From assembly GCF_030684315.1 (NCBI RefSeq), contig NC_081393.1, positions 682,001 to 746,000 on the forward strand: a stretch of DNA of 64,000 nucleotides, written 5' to 3'. The stretch is from Stegostoma tigrinum. Taxonomy: Eukaryota. Shown here one piece after another: positions 1 to 13,099 of the stretch. The notes beneath the pieces were generated by a model. The model did not search any database and was not told the origin of the DNA. It worked only from the letters and a program-made list of their open reading frames with translations. Within the stretch, counting starts at the first letter, position 1. Each line of letters opens with the position of its first letter. A program made the position numbers and the translations under genes.

Positions 1-488
1 TGGAGCTGGATGAACACAGCAGGCCAAGCAGCATCTTAGGAGCACAAAAGCTGACGTTTCAGGCCTAGACCCTTCATCAGAAAAGGGGGAATGGGAAGAG
101 GGTTCTGAAATAAATAGGGAGAGAGGGGGAGGCGGACCGAAGATGGATAGAGGAGAAGATAAGTGGAGAGTAGAGTATGGGTGGGGAGTTAGGGAGGGGA
201 TAGGTCAGTCCGGGGAGGACGAACAGGTCAAGGCAGCGGGATGAGGTTAGTAAGTAGGAAATGGGAGGTGCAGCTTGAGGTGGGAAGAGGGGATAGGTGA
301 GAAGAAGGACAGGTTAGGGAGGCGGGGACAAGCTGGGCTGGTTTTGGGATGCAGTGGGGGGAGGGGAAATTTTGAAGCTGGTGAAATCCACATTGATACC
401 CGAAGGGTCTAGGCCTGAAACGTCAGCTTTAGTGCTCCTAAGATGCTGCTTGGCCTGCTGTGTTTGTCCAGCTCCACACTTTATCTCA
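1..488. mobile_element. Penelope-derived fold-back element
   Basis: Same sequence family as 62630-63105, including GINVDFTSFK; 1-76 is inverted at about 402-478. Confidence 0.85.
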
Positions 489-1276
489 GGTTGGGTGGAT
501 TGGCCAATCCAAATTGCCCATAGTGTTCAGATCAGGTGAGTTATAGGGGGATGGGTCCGAATGGGATGCTTTGAGGGTCGGTGTGGATTTGTTGGGCCGA
601 AGGGCCTGGTCCACACTGTAGAATTTCTACAATTCTATGACATCCTTTTGAGTTTCAACATAAGCCAAGCCCACAAACTGCTATCTTGAAGTGTACAAGG
701 TTTAGGACTGGTCCAAGAGACAGTAGCTAACAGTCCACAGCAGCTTAAAGTGGCAAGCATCTGTTCCTATTACAGTCATCCTTGTTGAACAAGACTTTGT
801 TAAACCAACATTAATTCAGGGCACGTCCAAACCTTTCAGGTTCTTTTCGAGAGAATCAACTTAATAGTGGTGACCAGGTCAGCCGAAAGCACACTCAAAC
901 TCTCATGTCGTCTCACAGACAATTGACACTTTGAAGCAATCATGTTTTAGTCCATTGCCTTCTCAGCTATGATACTAGTTACAGTCAAATAGCTGTCTAA
1001 CACAAACCACCCAAGTTCACTCATGACTTGTCCAATGAGGTGAGAGGGACAGGTTACCCAAAGTGCTCCTCAACAGCCAAATTAAAGTCAACAGCAGAGA
1101 AATAATCTCATCGGTCTCTCAATACTTCCAATCCATCTAGACACAAATGTCAGCAGCGTTTGAGGAGCAGTGTCCCAAACGCCTTCATCCCACCCCATTG
1201 CATCATAAAACCTTCACAGCAAGTCCATTCAAACCAACACACATACTTGACCAAGAAAGAATATAGATACTCTTAC

Positions 1277-1400
1277 CTCCTGTCACCTCTTCGACCAATG
1301 TCCATTCGTCCATTCCGGCCCATTGACCGCAGTCCCAAATCCAGTCTCCGGCCCAGCTGGGCATGTGGGCCCAAGTGAACTAATGGCTGCAACAAACCAG
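1277..1400 (-). CDS. CCAR2: CCAR2 exon
   Basis: tggacag|PGLLQPLVHLGPHAQLGRRLDLGLRSMGRNGRMDIGRRGDR|gtaaga; phase matches the previous exon. Confidence 0.85.
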
Positions 1401-4400
1401 CTGTCCAGATGGAGGGAGAGAAGACAGCTCTTCAGACACCATGGTTATCACTGAACAAAAGCCAAAGTACAGCAACAAATACATGGAGTTGGTCTCACAC
1501 CAGTAAAACTTGCAGTGCTCACTGCTCCTTCGTTATCATTGGGTCCAATTCCAATGCACTGTAGATGGGCCTCCACCAGACAAGAGAGTGCTGCTTATCA
1601 TCATCTGCTCAGCAGCAACTAGAGATAGGCAATAAATTTTGGCCTTTCCAGTCGCAGCTAACATCAAGGTCCCACTTTGAAAATGAACAGGAAAAATAAA
1701 GGGAACCTGAAACTCAAACAGCACTCAATTTTATGTAGTGAGCGCAAGCCGGTGTTCAGTCTAGATGATTCTTCATTAGAGCTGAAGAGTCATCTAGGCT
1801 CGAAACATTAGTTTGCTCTCTCTCCATGGATGCTATCTGACCCACTGATCTCCAGCTTTTATAGTTTTCAGGACAGATTCCAGCATTTGCAGTAATTTGT
1901 TCCTACTACTCAACAGAAGCAAGAAATGAATGTGACAACAATGTCACAGACTGGATGGCTGATGAATTGTGCCCTGAGAGAATGCAACCCAACCTGCAGT
2001 CACTGTGATGGTATTTTAATAGAATCATAGAATCCCTACAGTGTGGAAACAGGATCTTCGGCCCAACAAGTCCACGCCAACCCTTGGACCATCCTACCCA
2101 GACCCACACCCTATAACCCACACACCCCTGAACACTACAGGCAATTTAGCATGGCCAATCCACCTAGCCTGCACATCTCTGGACTGTGGAAGGAAACCGG
2201 AGCACCCGGAAGAAACCCACGCAGACACAGGGAGAATGCGCAAACCTCACACAGACAGTCGCCCGAGGCTGGAATCAAACCTGGTTCCCTGGCACTGTGA
2301 GGCTGCAGTGCTAACCATTGAGCCACTGTGCCGCCCCATGGACATGATGAAATCAATATCAACTAGAAGGGAAAATGTGATAACAAGAGCAGATGGAAAG
2401 TGATATTGGAAGCATTAAATATTAGAATGCAACATGTGGCAGAGCAATAGGAAAGAAATACACAAATCCTAACTTATACAGCTTAATGTTGGTTTTTTAA
2501 CTTGTGCCGTACCACATCTCCCCACCCTGTTGCTATCCCTTCATTCAGTCTTTCAACACAGAAGAGGCCCTTGGGCCCCATCAAATCTGCGCTAGCCTAT
2601 CTACACAAATCCTACTTTGCAACACTTGGTCTTGATTATTATGACATTTCAAGTGCGCAATCACATACTTTTTAAAGATTCTAAGGTTTCCTACTTCAGC
2701 TGCCTTTAAGGCAGTGCATTTCAGATTCCTGATATCCTCCGAAACTTATTTTTAAACCCATCTCTAAAGCTATCCTTCACCTTGAGGTGTCCAATGTGTC
2801 TCTTAACCTGGCCTGTTGCCAACAACCCAACCTAAAGTTTGCCATTGACAGTCTCTGTCTCAGATTTGAGGTCCTCATTCACAGAACCTTTAAGGCAGCA
2901 CCTCACACTGAGGAAAAGCCTCATGTTATCTACATTTGATTAAAAAGGCAATGCTAAGTCTTGAAATAGCAGTTAAAATTGTCTTTCAGTCTGATTCAGG
3001 CTTTAGAGATGTTACAGTAAAATCAACCAAAATAGGAAAAATGGTGGATTTTTCCAACAGGCTACAGAACAATATGATCCAAGTGTCTAAAATGTTGAAA
3101 GGTTAGGATGGGTAAACAGAAGACCAGCTCCAATATTTGTGAACAATAAGAGGCAAGATTACGTCTGAAAGACTTGATCCACAGGGTAGAAGTCTTCATC
3201 CAGATGGTGTATTAACAGGCTACAGGATTCACTTGCGTAGGTAAGAGCATAAATGATGCACAACTGTTCAAGACAAACTTGGATGGGAGACAAGGCATGA
3301 TGGGAAAGGAATTTAAAGAACATAGCTTGTGTGATTTGGATGATTTCATTGTGACAAGGGAAGACTTTGATACCAACTTCTTGGGTTAAAGGCCTGTTTC
3401 CATGTTGCAGCTCTGTGCTTATGTACCTGAGGACTGAAAGGAGAGATAATTACATGTTCTAAAGTGACCCTTCTAAGACTCCATGCCAATGCTGGCCCCA
3501 AACAAAACACCAGCCTCTCTTCATACTGAATTAAATGATGTCCCTCTGTTCACATCTGATCCTTGCATTCTACGTGACAAGGGCATCAGCAGCTTGTCCC
3601 CTTTCAGCAAAATGTATAAATGAGCTATCTGTGAATGGGACTCATGGGAAACAGGTCTCCCACAAAAGTGAGTTAAGTACATACGACCCTAGGGCAATGT
3701 CTGAGCGGTCGACAACAGTGCACAAAGCAATCTCTTGCTGTGTGCCAGCATGACTGACAGATACTCACGTTTGTGAGAGAGCTGGGAGAGCAGTGGTTGG
3801 GAGGATAACAAGGAGGGAATACGCGGAGCTTGAAGCAGTGGTTGAGGCTGTGGCTTGGCTCCAAGGATGCCTTGCTTCTGACCAGACATCATGGGCGACG
3901 GGCTCTGCAAAGAAAATCACAGAAGTACTCAGCATGAAGAAGGAATCTCAAGCTCCTGACATGCATAAAGCCTAACGCAGGAAGGTTTAGCAACTCAACT
4001 AGTGTTCAGAGCTTTATCAAGTACAGTGAGTTGAGTGGAAATCCAGTAACGCTGTCCTTTAGGGACTACACCTGAGCCCCCATCAAAGTGGAGAGCAGCT
4101 CATTGAGCCCAAAGTGACAGTGGTGGGTAGTCACAGGTTGTAGAGCGCCTCATAAGCGAGTATTGAATGGTGAGGGAGCCAGAGATAGTCTTCAGCGATG
4201 TGAATGATGTGCGTGGGGTCAGAGAGCATCCTTGGGGGCGCAGATAATGTAAAGGGGAGTGGGGAAAGTAGTCTCTGCTGGGGTGGGGGTAGGGCACAAT
4301 GAAGCCTCAGGGAGTCCAGCAGCCATTATAATGATGACAGCATAGGAATAGGGAGAGAAATAGAACAATACTCAATGTTCAGAGACCCAACTCATTGGCC

Positions 4401-7400
4401 ATCAGTCTCAGACAAAACACCAACTCTAAATATATACATTCCAGTTTCCGATCCCCATCGGACAAGTCTATTTATATCACACCTTGTCATCTCACAAAAC
4501 ACACTAAAACAAATGGGGATAGGTGGTCAGGTGACCCCAGCTTGGTTAAAGAATTAGCTTCTGAGGAGACAAACAAGGCACCTTGTTGGTGGAGAACTAT
4601 CAGGATGGCATTCCAGAACTCAGCAGCTGATTGGCATTATGCCATTCAGAGAGAGCACTTCATGCATAAAGTGGCCAGAAATCATGAAGCACAGAGATCT
4701 GGGTGGGTTGACAGGCTGAAGGAGATGACTGAAATGGGGAGCAGTGAGACCATGGAGGAACTTGAAAACAAGGAAGAGATCAAAACATGAATTGACAGAA
4801 CACTCCATGTTAGGGGAACAAGTGAACTGGGCCTGTAGTGAGTTCAGATGCAGGCAGAGTTTTGGATAAACTCGAGCAGAATGTTAAAGACCAACCAAGG
4901 TGAATGGGAGTAGTAAAGTCTCGAAAATGTGAGGGCACAGCTGAGCAAATCAGAGGCTGAAAGCATATTCTGACAAACCAAGGGTGACAACTTGGAATTT
5001 TGGAAATGCAGCTTAAAAGGTGAACTGGGGATAGCCCTTTCCAGAAAAGATACAGAAGGAGGTGGTTGGGTTTTGGAAAGGAGGATGTGGATTAATAACA
5101 CAAGGAAACAATCAGAAATGGCCACATCAGTCAGAGGAGTGAGGTCACTGAAAGTAACAAAATCAAGGAGGTGGCTAACAATACAGGTTGGGGACATCAT
5201 ATGGAGGGAGACATCTGGGAGATCAGATCACAGATGAGAGTAAACATGATCTGAAACAGAAGATGAAATCAGGGCTGATGAAAAAAAGTTTGAGGGTGAT
5301 GGAGGAAAGCAATGTTGATGCTGGGTTTAAATATTTTGACTTTTTTGATTAGGAAGGCAGGAAAAAAGGAGACGCTTTGAAACAGAGGTACAAAATACTG
5401 TACAAGGTGAGGCTTTCAAAAGAAGTCAATGTACCAGATGATTAAGGGCTTAAACCAAGATGTGGTTTCCAAATGCTTTGCTTTTAGTTTTAATTAGGCA
5501 CGGCTAGAAAGATCCAGCATCTATTGACTGAGATTACATTCTATGAGCTGGGGGGGAAAGAGAGAGCGAGTGAGAGAGCGACGGGCAGACAAATGGGGAG
5601 ACGGACAGACAGACAAAGGGGGGAGACGGATGGACACGCACGCAAAAGGGGGCGGGGGCTGGACAGGCAAAGGGAGGGGGAGGGAAAATGGAGAGACAGA
5701 AAGGCAGACCAACAGACAAAGGCTGATGCACATCCCAGCAAGACCAGGCTCAACACTGAAGTGAAACTGAGCTAACTGAGTGAAGTGCTAGTGCCTGCAA
5801 ACTATAGCTTGAGTGAGACCGAGAGCGAGAGCGAGAGCGAGAGAGAATGTGCTCACAGATGGAAAGTAACAGCAAGTTCAGATAGAGGGAAAGGGGAGGG
5901 GGAGGTTCTAACAGTAAAGTACTGCTGAGGAGAGGGTTTTTGGCAGAGGGGTAATTTTAGAAAATTTATTATCAGGCCCTGCCTCACCATCTTCAAAGAT
6001 CTCAACACTGGGAGACTGAAGCAGGAAAGTACACTGATGTTGACAACTTGCCCTTCACTCATTCATATGATTCCCTTACTGCTACACTAAAGCCTGTACC
6101 TGCGTAGGCTGCACCTGGACTTTCAGTGCATTCCACTTCACTGAGTGACTGGGGTTGTAAACAGCTTTCACCAGCACTCGCTCCCCAGCCTGGGGCATCC
6201 GGCCCTTCACCACACTGCAATATAAAGACACAGAGATCAGAACTCTTCTACATGCTGCTCAAACTGCTCAGCACTACCAGCACATGTCACACATGATTCA
6301 GAGATACTTAGGGCATTCCCAAGTGGGAATGGGGCAGGAAATGCTAGGAATACAGGTTGGAGGGCCACTGGCACCTTGCCAGTGGTCATTCCTCATGGGA
6401 ACGTGAGGATGACAACAGAATGCATTACCAGTTGAGGTTAACCATCAAATAACTGGTTGTTACAATAAGCTGGAGCAAAAAAATATTCACCACTTTCACC
6501 CAGAGGCACTGGGGCAAACTGTGGTGCAGTCTGGTGATCAAGTAACTGTCACCCACATGGTTCCTTGGTTGACAAGGCATTAATCATGGAGGATTCAGTC
6601 CGTGCACTGTCTATTGATTTGTGCATCACTTACTTCAGATGGAACAACACTTCCTCATCAATGAACCCAAAGTAATCGTGAAGACTCGTGACTACTCCCG
6701 TGAACACACGCTGCTTCTGCGACTGGCCCGCCTGCCCATGGCCCTGCCAATAGCAACATAACCAGGTGTCATTATGATTATGAGGGACAGCAAATCCCAG
6801 CAGGACCCCCTAATGGGACAGACACAATGTAATACCTTTCCTTAGCCAACCCTTTCCCTGATCTGTACAATGCGTGGCATGATTCCACATCTTCCACTGG
6901 AAGCCTGCTGTCCAACTAGCAGCAAGATATCCAACTGCAAAAATATTCCCAACTGAGTCTGACCCTGCTCTCACCCAACAGCACTAACAACTTCAAACTT
7001 CATCCAACACATAATATCTCAAGGCACAAGCATCCAACAAGGCTCCAGGCAACATTTGTCTGTAATTCACAATCTGGACACTAAGTGTAGACCTATTTCG
7101 ACAACAGCTACAACTCTATTCGGTGAACATTTAAAACCAAGTTTCAACACAATGCGAAGTGAACAGTGAATCAAGATGTGTGCAGCTCAGCTGATACATG
7201 AGACCAAAGTCCTAGATGCGCAGGCAAGCGGATGTAAAGGATCCAAATCCACCGGTAGATCAGTTCATCAGTTCTTTGTGCTGTCATAACCAAGGCTGAT
7301 TTCTAAAGTAACATGACTGTAAAATACTTGAATTCATCATGTGTACCTTGTAATGCACAAAGGATCTGTGAAAGCAGAGACTACACTCATCAGCAAATCA

Positions 7401-9554
7401 TTAGCTATGAAGCTGTTTACTGTGTTGAAGTGAAATTTTATTTCAACCACTTGCATTCATGCTAAGATCCAAACTGCTTCATGCAGGAGCGTAACCAAAT
7501 TAAATGTGACTGACTGGCTAATCTCAAGGCACCTTAGCCTCAAGAGTAAGCTAGAAAGTCGAGGCCTTTACAGAGAGAACTCTAGGCTTTGAGGCCAAGG
7601 CAGCTGAAGGCTACCAGCTTTGAATGGTGAGCCAAAGGAAATGGGAATTGGTCAAGAGATCAGAACTCAAGAGCTCAGAGATTATGGATGACTCTAAGGG
7701 CTGGATGAGGACGGATAAGGACAGATGTGGGGGTTGGTGGTCAGAAATAGAAATAAAAGAGAAAATAAAGAGAGAGAAAAAGGCAAAGTTACAGAGGAAT
7801 ATGCAGAAGAGCTTGAGAATTGTAAAACCGAGTTCCAATACAGGCAGAATAGATCTGGATGCACAGAACTTCACATGGATGAGAGACAGGAAACCTGTTA
7901 ACAAAGCACTGAAATAGTGGAGGCTGAGGCATATTCCAGCAGCAGATGAGCTAAGACCAGCAAATATTACTACCTAGTTAGTTCTGCTTTGATGCAAGGA
8001 CCATTAACTTGCAAATTATCTACAGAGTTGCATACTTTTAGTGAAATGGCTGATTACAAGGACAGAATTCAGCAAATGCTTTAATCTGACTGCAGCAATT
8101 GGCACATTGAGACCTACACCTTTGTGAAAATCAAATAAAAATCAGTCAAGAGAGAGGCATTCTGGTGAGGGAGTAAGGTTAGACAGAGAAGATGAATGAT
8201 TAAAAACAGAAGTGGTACAATGGAATCTGTGGAGATGAGCTGTGTCTACTCCAGCCCAGGGTAAAATCCCTATCAGAAAGCCACTGTGTTCAGGGTTTGA
8301 TGCCAAGGCTAGATGCCTGAAATGGGAGGAATTCTATTACCTAAATGCACCAACTTGCACCTTATTGAACATAAAGACCTGCAGAGAAAGGCAATACAAT
8401 TGAAACAGAAAATCACATCTTTTCACCCGTTCAAAGACCCCCAGGCTCTTTTTGCATTTTATCTGCATCCAGTACGCCTGGGAGAACTCAGTAATTCCGG
8501 TGTCCGGGAGCCTGAGCGGCTTCTGACGTCATCCTGTGGCAGCAAAACAAACTCATTCACAAAATAAACAGCATTCCCCGACATTTCATACCCCATCTCC
8601 CCCGCCCCGCTCACAGTAACTACACTTCCAAGCATTTCCCTCTGTGCACAGAGAGGACATTTCTCAACCTCACCATCCTTTCACCTCCAATGTCACCGCC
8701 ACCACCCGAGTGCCAGTCCAATATCTCCCATCGGTTATTTACCTGCAGCAAGGCCTGTTGCAGGGATGGTGGCCCAGGCCCCAGCAGCGACTGTTGCTGG
8801 CCGCCATGAACGCCTACAAGAAGGAACACAAGGCTTTAATTCCAGTCACTACCACACAATTTAAAGACAAATGTAAATAAGGGTAGCACCAATGTTGGGG
8901 CGTTCACACACAGCTGCATCACTTCAGCATCCACCGTTAAGTTTGTGATCTTACTGAACAGCGCTCAGTTTCCATGAGAATCCAGAAGGGAGTATACGGT
9001 TATGTGCAAAGTTTACTTAAAGTCATAATCAGATGAGTCATGACTTTCTTAAATGGTACAGCAAGATTAATAGGCTGAATGGCCTCCTCCTACTGTTTTT
9101 ACATTTCCATGACAGCTACTTAAAATCAGCACAGTACCTGATTTTCACAGCTAATGCCTCAAGTTAGTCACTGGAGAAGACTGTGGCAGAAACAGTAGGA
9201 ACCAAGAGCCTGGCTGTGACCACTAATAGCTGGCCTGGGCACATTAACAAAGCCAGAGTCAGACAGGAAGGGAAGGGACAAGACAATGGTATGTAGCATA
9301 TCGGAATGGATCCTGAGGGCTGTGGCAGAGCATGGAGGACCTGGCAGCAAGGCAAGCACAGGGCAAGAGGTGAATAAGAAACCAGGAATGCTGGGAGGGT
9401 GGGAGATAATATTCTTATTTCACGAATTAAAAAAGCAACGTAGCACAACTTGGAGTGTGCAATACTGTCAATCTCACAGAGCAAGAGCAGATCCAACTTG
9501 AGCAAACAATGACCCACCTGCTTTAGTCGCAGACTGAAACTGATTTCCCCACAT
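1277..9554 (-). CDS. CCAR2: CCAR2 (DBC1)-like, 5' coding portion (6 coding exons; gene continues beyond left edge)
   Basis: Exons 9554-9518, 8813-8743, 6743-6634, 6214-6100, 3904-3769 and 1400-1277 splice in frame with GT-AG sites. Product includes QKQRVFTGVVTSLHDYFGFIDEEVLFHLNVVKGRMPQAGERVLVKAVYNPSHSVKWNALKVQ (S1-like domain) and GQKQGILGA, both typical of CCAR2. Syntenic with PDLIM2 and SORBS3. Confidence 0.9.
1757..1905 (+). mobile_element. Penelope-derived terminal fragment with hairpin (same family inverted at 49605-49702)
   Basis: ctagatgattcttca / tgaagagtcatctag hairpin followed by ctcgaaacatt. Confidence 0.6.
2020..2337 (-). mobile_element. tRNA-derived V-SINE (HE1-like), full length
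   Basis: Reverse-complement copy of the 19488 SINE. Confidence 0.9.
3769..3904 (-). CDS. CCAR2: CCAR2 exon
   Basis: tttgcag|SPSPMMSGQKQGILGAKPQPQPLLQAPRIPSLLSSQPLLSQLSHK|gtgagt. Confidence 0.9.
6100..6214 (-). CDS. CCAR2: CCAR2 exon, S1-like domain end
   Basis: attgcag|VVKGRMPQAGERVLVKAVYNPSHSVKWNALKVQVQPTQ|gtacag. Confidence 0.93.
6634..6743 (-). CDS. CCAR2: CCAR2 exon, S1-like domain start
   Basis: ttggcag|GHGQAGQSQKQRVFTGVVTSLHDYFGFIDEEVLFHL|gtaagt. Confidence 0.93.
8743..8813 (-). CDS. CCAR2: CCAR2 coding exon 2
   Basis: cttgtag|GVHGGQQQSLLGPGPPSLQQALLQ|gtaaat; SLLGP motif; phase 1 to 0. Confidence 0.8.
9518..9554 (-). CDS. CCAR2: CCAR2 first coding exon (whole exon 9634-9518)
   Basis: Acceptor ctgttactcag, in-frame upstream TGA, ATG then MWGNQFQSATKA, donor G|gtgggt (phase 1). 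Confidence 0.7.
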
Positions 9555-9659
9555 GGATCTAGTCGAGTTTCTTCACCAACTAAGCACTGGATTTTATCCT
9601 TCGGAAACTCGTCTTTGATTCAGCTCAAATTCACCTGAGTAACAGGAGGAATCAGAGTC

Positions 9660-9932
9660 TAAAATAAAACAAAGAACTGATCCCAGAAATCTGAAACGAA
9701 TAAAGACAGAAATTGATGGAGAAACTAAGCAGATCTGGCAACATCTGTGTAGAAAGAGAAACAGGGTTAACATTTGAAGTCGAGAACCTTTTTTGGAACT
9801 CATTCCAGCTTGAAAAAGGTGGCATTGATGCATATGATGAAGGGGGAGGGAGTGTAATTCAACCCGAGCCATTAACACTGATTTCTCTGCACAGGTGCTG
9901 CCAGACCTGCTCAGCTTTTCCAGCAATTTCAG
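9660..9932. mobile_element. Degenerate Penelope-derived fold-back element (second subfamily)
   Basis: gcagatctggcaacatctgtg and its inversion cacaggtgctgccagacctgc; related to the 23066 and 42635 copies. Confidence 0.6.
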
Positions 9933-9974
9933 CTTTAACAGGGTGTTGCCCGATTTGGGTTAGTTTTCTTCGGG

Positions 9975-10360
9975 ACAGCAGAAGCGATCGAAAGGGGGCA
10001 TTACTGAGATGTGTAAAATTGAAGAGCACAGGAAGGGTAGACAGGAAGAAACTTTTCCAATTGATGGAGGAATCAGTGACCACAGGCATAGATTTACTGT
10101 AAGGGACAGGACATCTTTAGAAGATGTGAGGAAAATCTTTTCACTCAGAGTAGTCGCAATCTGGACTTCACTGACTGTAACGGCGGGAGAAGCAGAAACC
10201 CTCATCACATTTAAATAGTATTTAGATGAACACTTGCAAAGCCTAGCATACAAAGCTATAGGTCAATGGTGGAAAATGGGATTAGAATAGTCAGGTGGCT
10301 ATTTTTGATCAGCACAGACACAATAGGCTGAAGGGCCTTTTCTATGCTATGGATCTCTGA
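9975..10360 (+). mobile_element. CR1 LINE 3' fragment
   Basis: RKIFSLRVVAIWTSL and a gctgaagggcct tail. Confidence 0.75.
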
Positions 10361-10685
10361 CTCCCTAAAGAATTTGTGACTTCTGTGCGTAAGAACCTCC
10401 CTGACCAATGTGTTCTCAGTCCAACTGGGGTGGCAGCATTGTTGGATCTTGTGTTGGCAAATCAGCGGAGACTTCAATAGCTACAGGCCAAGCTGCACGA
10501 CAGTTCCTCCCAAGCCAATCCCTTCACCCCATGAGTCGGCCTGAGGAACTTTCTCCTTAAGGTCCAATGTAACGATACATCTCCTGAAGTAAGGAGACCA
10601 GGCCTTACCCCACATGTGAAGTCATCAAGAGTCTCGCTACAACTGTACAACTGCAGCAAGACAACCCTACTTTTGTACTCCAGTC

Positions 10686-11125
10686 TGTAGATTAGATGAA
10701 CACGGCAGGTCAAGCAGCATCATAGGAGCAGGGAAGCTGACATTTCGTGCCAAGACCCTTCTTCAGAAGTGGGTGAAGGAAAGAGGGTTCTAAAATAAAT
10801 AGGGAGAGAGGGGGAGGTGGATAGAGGATGGACCAGTCAAAGAGGCAGGGATGGAGCCAGTAAAGGTGCGTGGAGGTGGGGAGGACGATGGACAGGTCGA
10901 GATCGGGGTCGGGGTCGGGGGCAGGGGTGGGGGGGGAGGAATGAGGTTAGTAGGTAGGAAATGGGGGTGGGGCTTGAGGTGGGAGGATGGACAGGTTAGG
11001 GAGGCAGGAACGAGCTGGGCTGGTTGTGGGACGCAGTAGGGGGAGGGAAGATTGATGCTTGCCCTGCTGTGTTCATTCAGCTCTGCATCTTGTTATCTCA
11101 TATTCTCCAGTTCCTACTATCTTTA
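10686..11125. mobile_element. Older Penelope-derived fold-back element
   Basis: Diverged copy of the 62.6-63.0 kb sequence with a short inverted right arm. Confidence 0.75.
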
Positions 11126-11912
11126 TAATAAAAGCCAACATCCCTTTCAATAATTTTGTACTTTTCTGTTCTCTCTGACTAATGTGAGCAACGTTACATT
11201 CGCCAACATCGCCAATTCTTGGTTCATTCGTCAGTTCACTTTTCGTACTAATATACTCCACACAATACAAGCTCTCACCTTGTCTATCAACCTCACACGT
11301 GGCTCCTTATCGAGTACCATTTTGAAATGTGAATAAAGACATCTACTTGGACTCACTGAGCCACCCCATCACTTCTTATATATTCCAACACACAAAACCC
11401 TCTCACAAAACCACCGTGACACCGCCAAATTGTACTGTGATTTTTTTCACACACTGTGCCACTACCTCATGCTTAAAAGATCCGAGCCTTTTCCCAACGA
11501 CAGACGCTAAGCTTTCCATTTCACTCCTTCCCTGAATACAAGAGTTGCATGTGGGGCCTTCCAATCTGCTGGAGCCTTACCAGAATCTCGGAATTTTAGG
11601 AAGATTACAGCCAATGCACCAACTTCCTTTCAGACCCTAACTTGCAGGCCATCAAATACTGGGACTTGTCAGCTAGGTTCTCCTAGTACTCACACTCTAT
11701 TGTTCACAATTATTTTAAGTTCTTCCCTCTTTTTGCCTTTTGACTTTGTACAATTCTCTAGAATGTTATGTCTTTGGCTGTAAAAGAATTACTCAAAAAT
11801 CTCGATCATTGCCTTCTGTCCAATCATTAATACCCCAGTGTCACCATCTGGGAACCTATTTTAATCACAGCTTTATACATGTAAGTTTCTAACTAACCTT
11901 TGTTTACATCAT

Positions 11913-12263
11913 AGATAATAAAATGTGAGGCTGGATGAACACAGCAGGCCAAGCAGCATCTCAGGAGCACAAAAGCTGACGTTTCGGGCCTAGACCCTTC
12001 ATCAGAGAGGGGGATGGGGAGAGGGAACTGGAATAAATAGGGAGAGAGGGGGAGGCAGACTGAAGATGGAGAGAAAAGAAGATAGGTCAGCCTCCCCCTC
12101 TCTCCTATTTATTCCAGTTCCCTCACCCCATCCCCCTCTCTGATGAAGGGTCTAGGCCCGAAACGTCAGCTTTTGTGCTCCTGAGATGCTGCTTGGCCTG
12201 CTGTGTTCATCCAGCCTCATATTTTATTATCTTGGATTCTCCAGCATCTGCAGTTCCCATTAT
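11913..12263. mobile_element. Young Penelope-derived fold-back element with 15-bp target-site duplication
   Basis: About 145-bp inverted arms; ctttgtttacatcat duplicated at 11898-11912 and 12264-12278. Confidence 0.9.
12140..12167 (+). ncRNA. Minimal hammerhead-ribozyme-like motif (PLE type); mirror copy on the minus strand at 11978-12005
   Basis: CTGATGA-A-GGGT(CTAG)GCCC-GAAAC-GTC, i.e. core boxes, stem II and a palindromic minimal stem III. Confidence 0.6.
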
Positions 12264-13099
12264 CTTTGTTTACATCATTTGTTTTGTCTTATCATGTAAA
12301 CTGTCCCTCTATTTTCTTAATCATCCTTCATGCTTTCTGTAATTTGCCCAATCTTCTGACTTTTTCTTCACAAAGGACATCATATTTTTCAATGTGGTAT
12401 CACACAAAGCCACCTCATATAGCTATCCCTTTCAAAACATGTTTTTCTACATGGGCTATATTTTCATTCAGAGTTTTGAAATGGTTCTTGAAATATTTGT
12501 CATTGCCTCCCTACCACTTCACCCTTTAACCTATTTTCTTGTTCCTCTTCCATCTCTTTCTTCACACCTGTCTAAATACCTTCGTTTAGATTTAAAGATT
12601 GCACTTTCAGATCCATGCGTTCTTTGTTCTCAATATGCATGTAAAACTGTGTTATGATCACTCTTGCCCAGAGAATCATTTACCGAGAGATCATTAACCC
12701 ATCCTCCTTCACAACACATTCACAAACAAACTGTTCTGAATGCACCCGAAGAACTCATACTCAGGACACCTCTGTCAACTGGATGAGTCTAATAGATGTG
12801 AAGATCAAGGGTTTCCATCAATATTGCAATGATCTTGCAAACTACATACTTTTCAGACCCTGAGCCCTGCAAACATGTGCCTTTACCTTTATTTACTCGC
12901 GGTCTTTACAGACCCCTTGATCCTTGCTTACCCGTTGTTATTTGATCTGCTCGGGCAAAAGTGTGGGGTTTGAGGGGAGGGCGGTGAAGGGCGGAAGGGA
13001 TCCCTGTCAGTTCCTGCTTCCTTTGTTACTTGCACTAATTCTACATCCTATTCCTACTCCACATCCTGGAGGCCCTGAGAGAGCGTGTGTGGCACAGAC

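Noticed and set aside
7260-7340. Possible intronic C/D box snoRNA (ATGATGA...CTGA, minus strand) in CCAR2
   Set aside because: Terminal stem is imperfect and I cannot recognise an rRNA or snRNA guide; would need snoscan/Infernal plus conservation.
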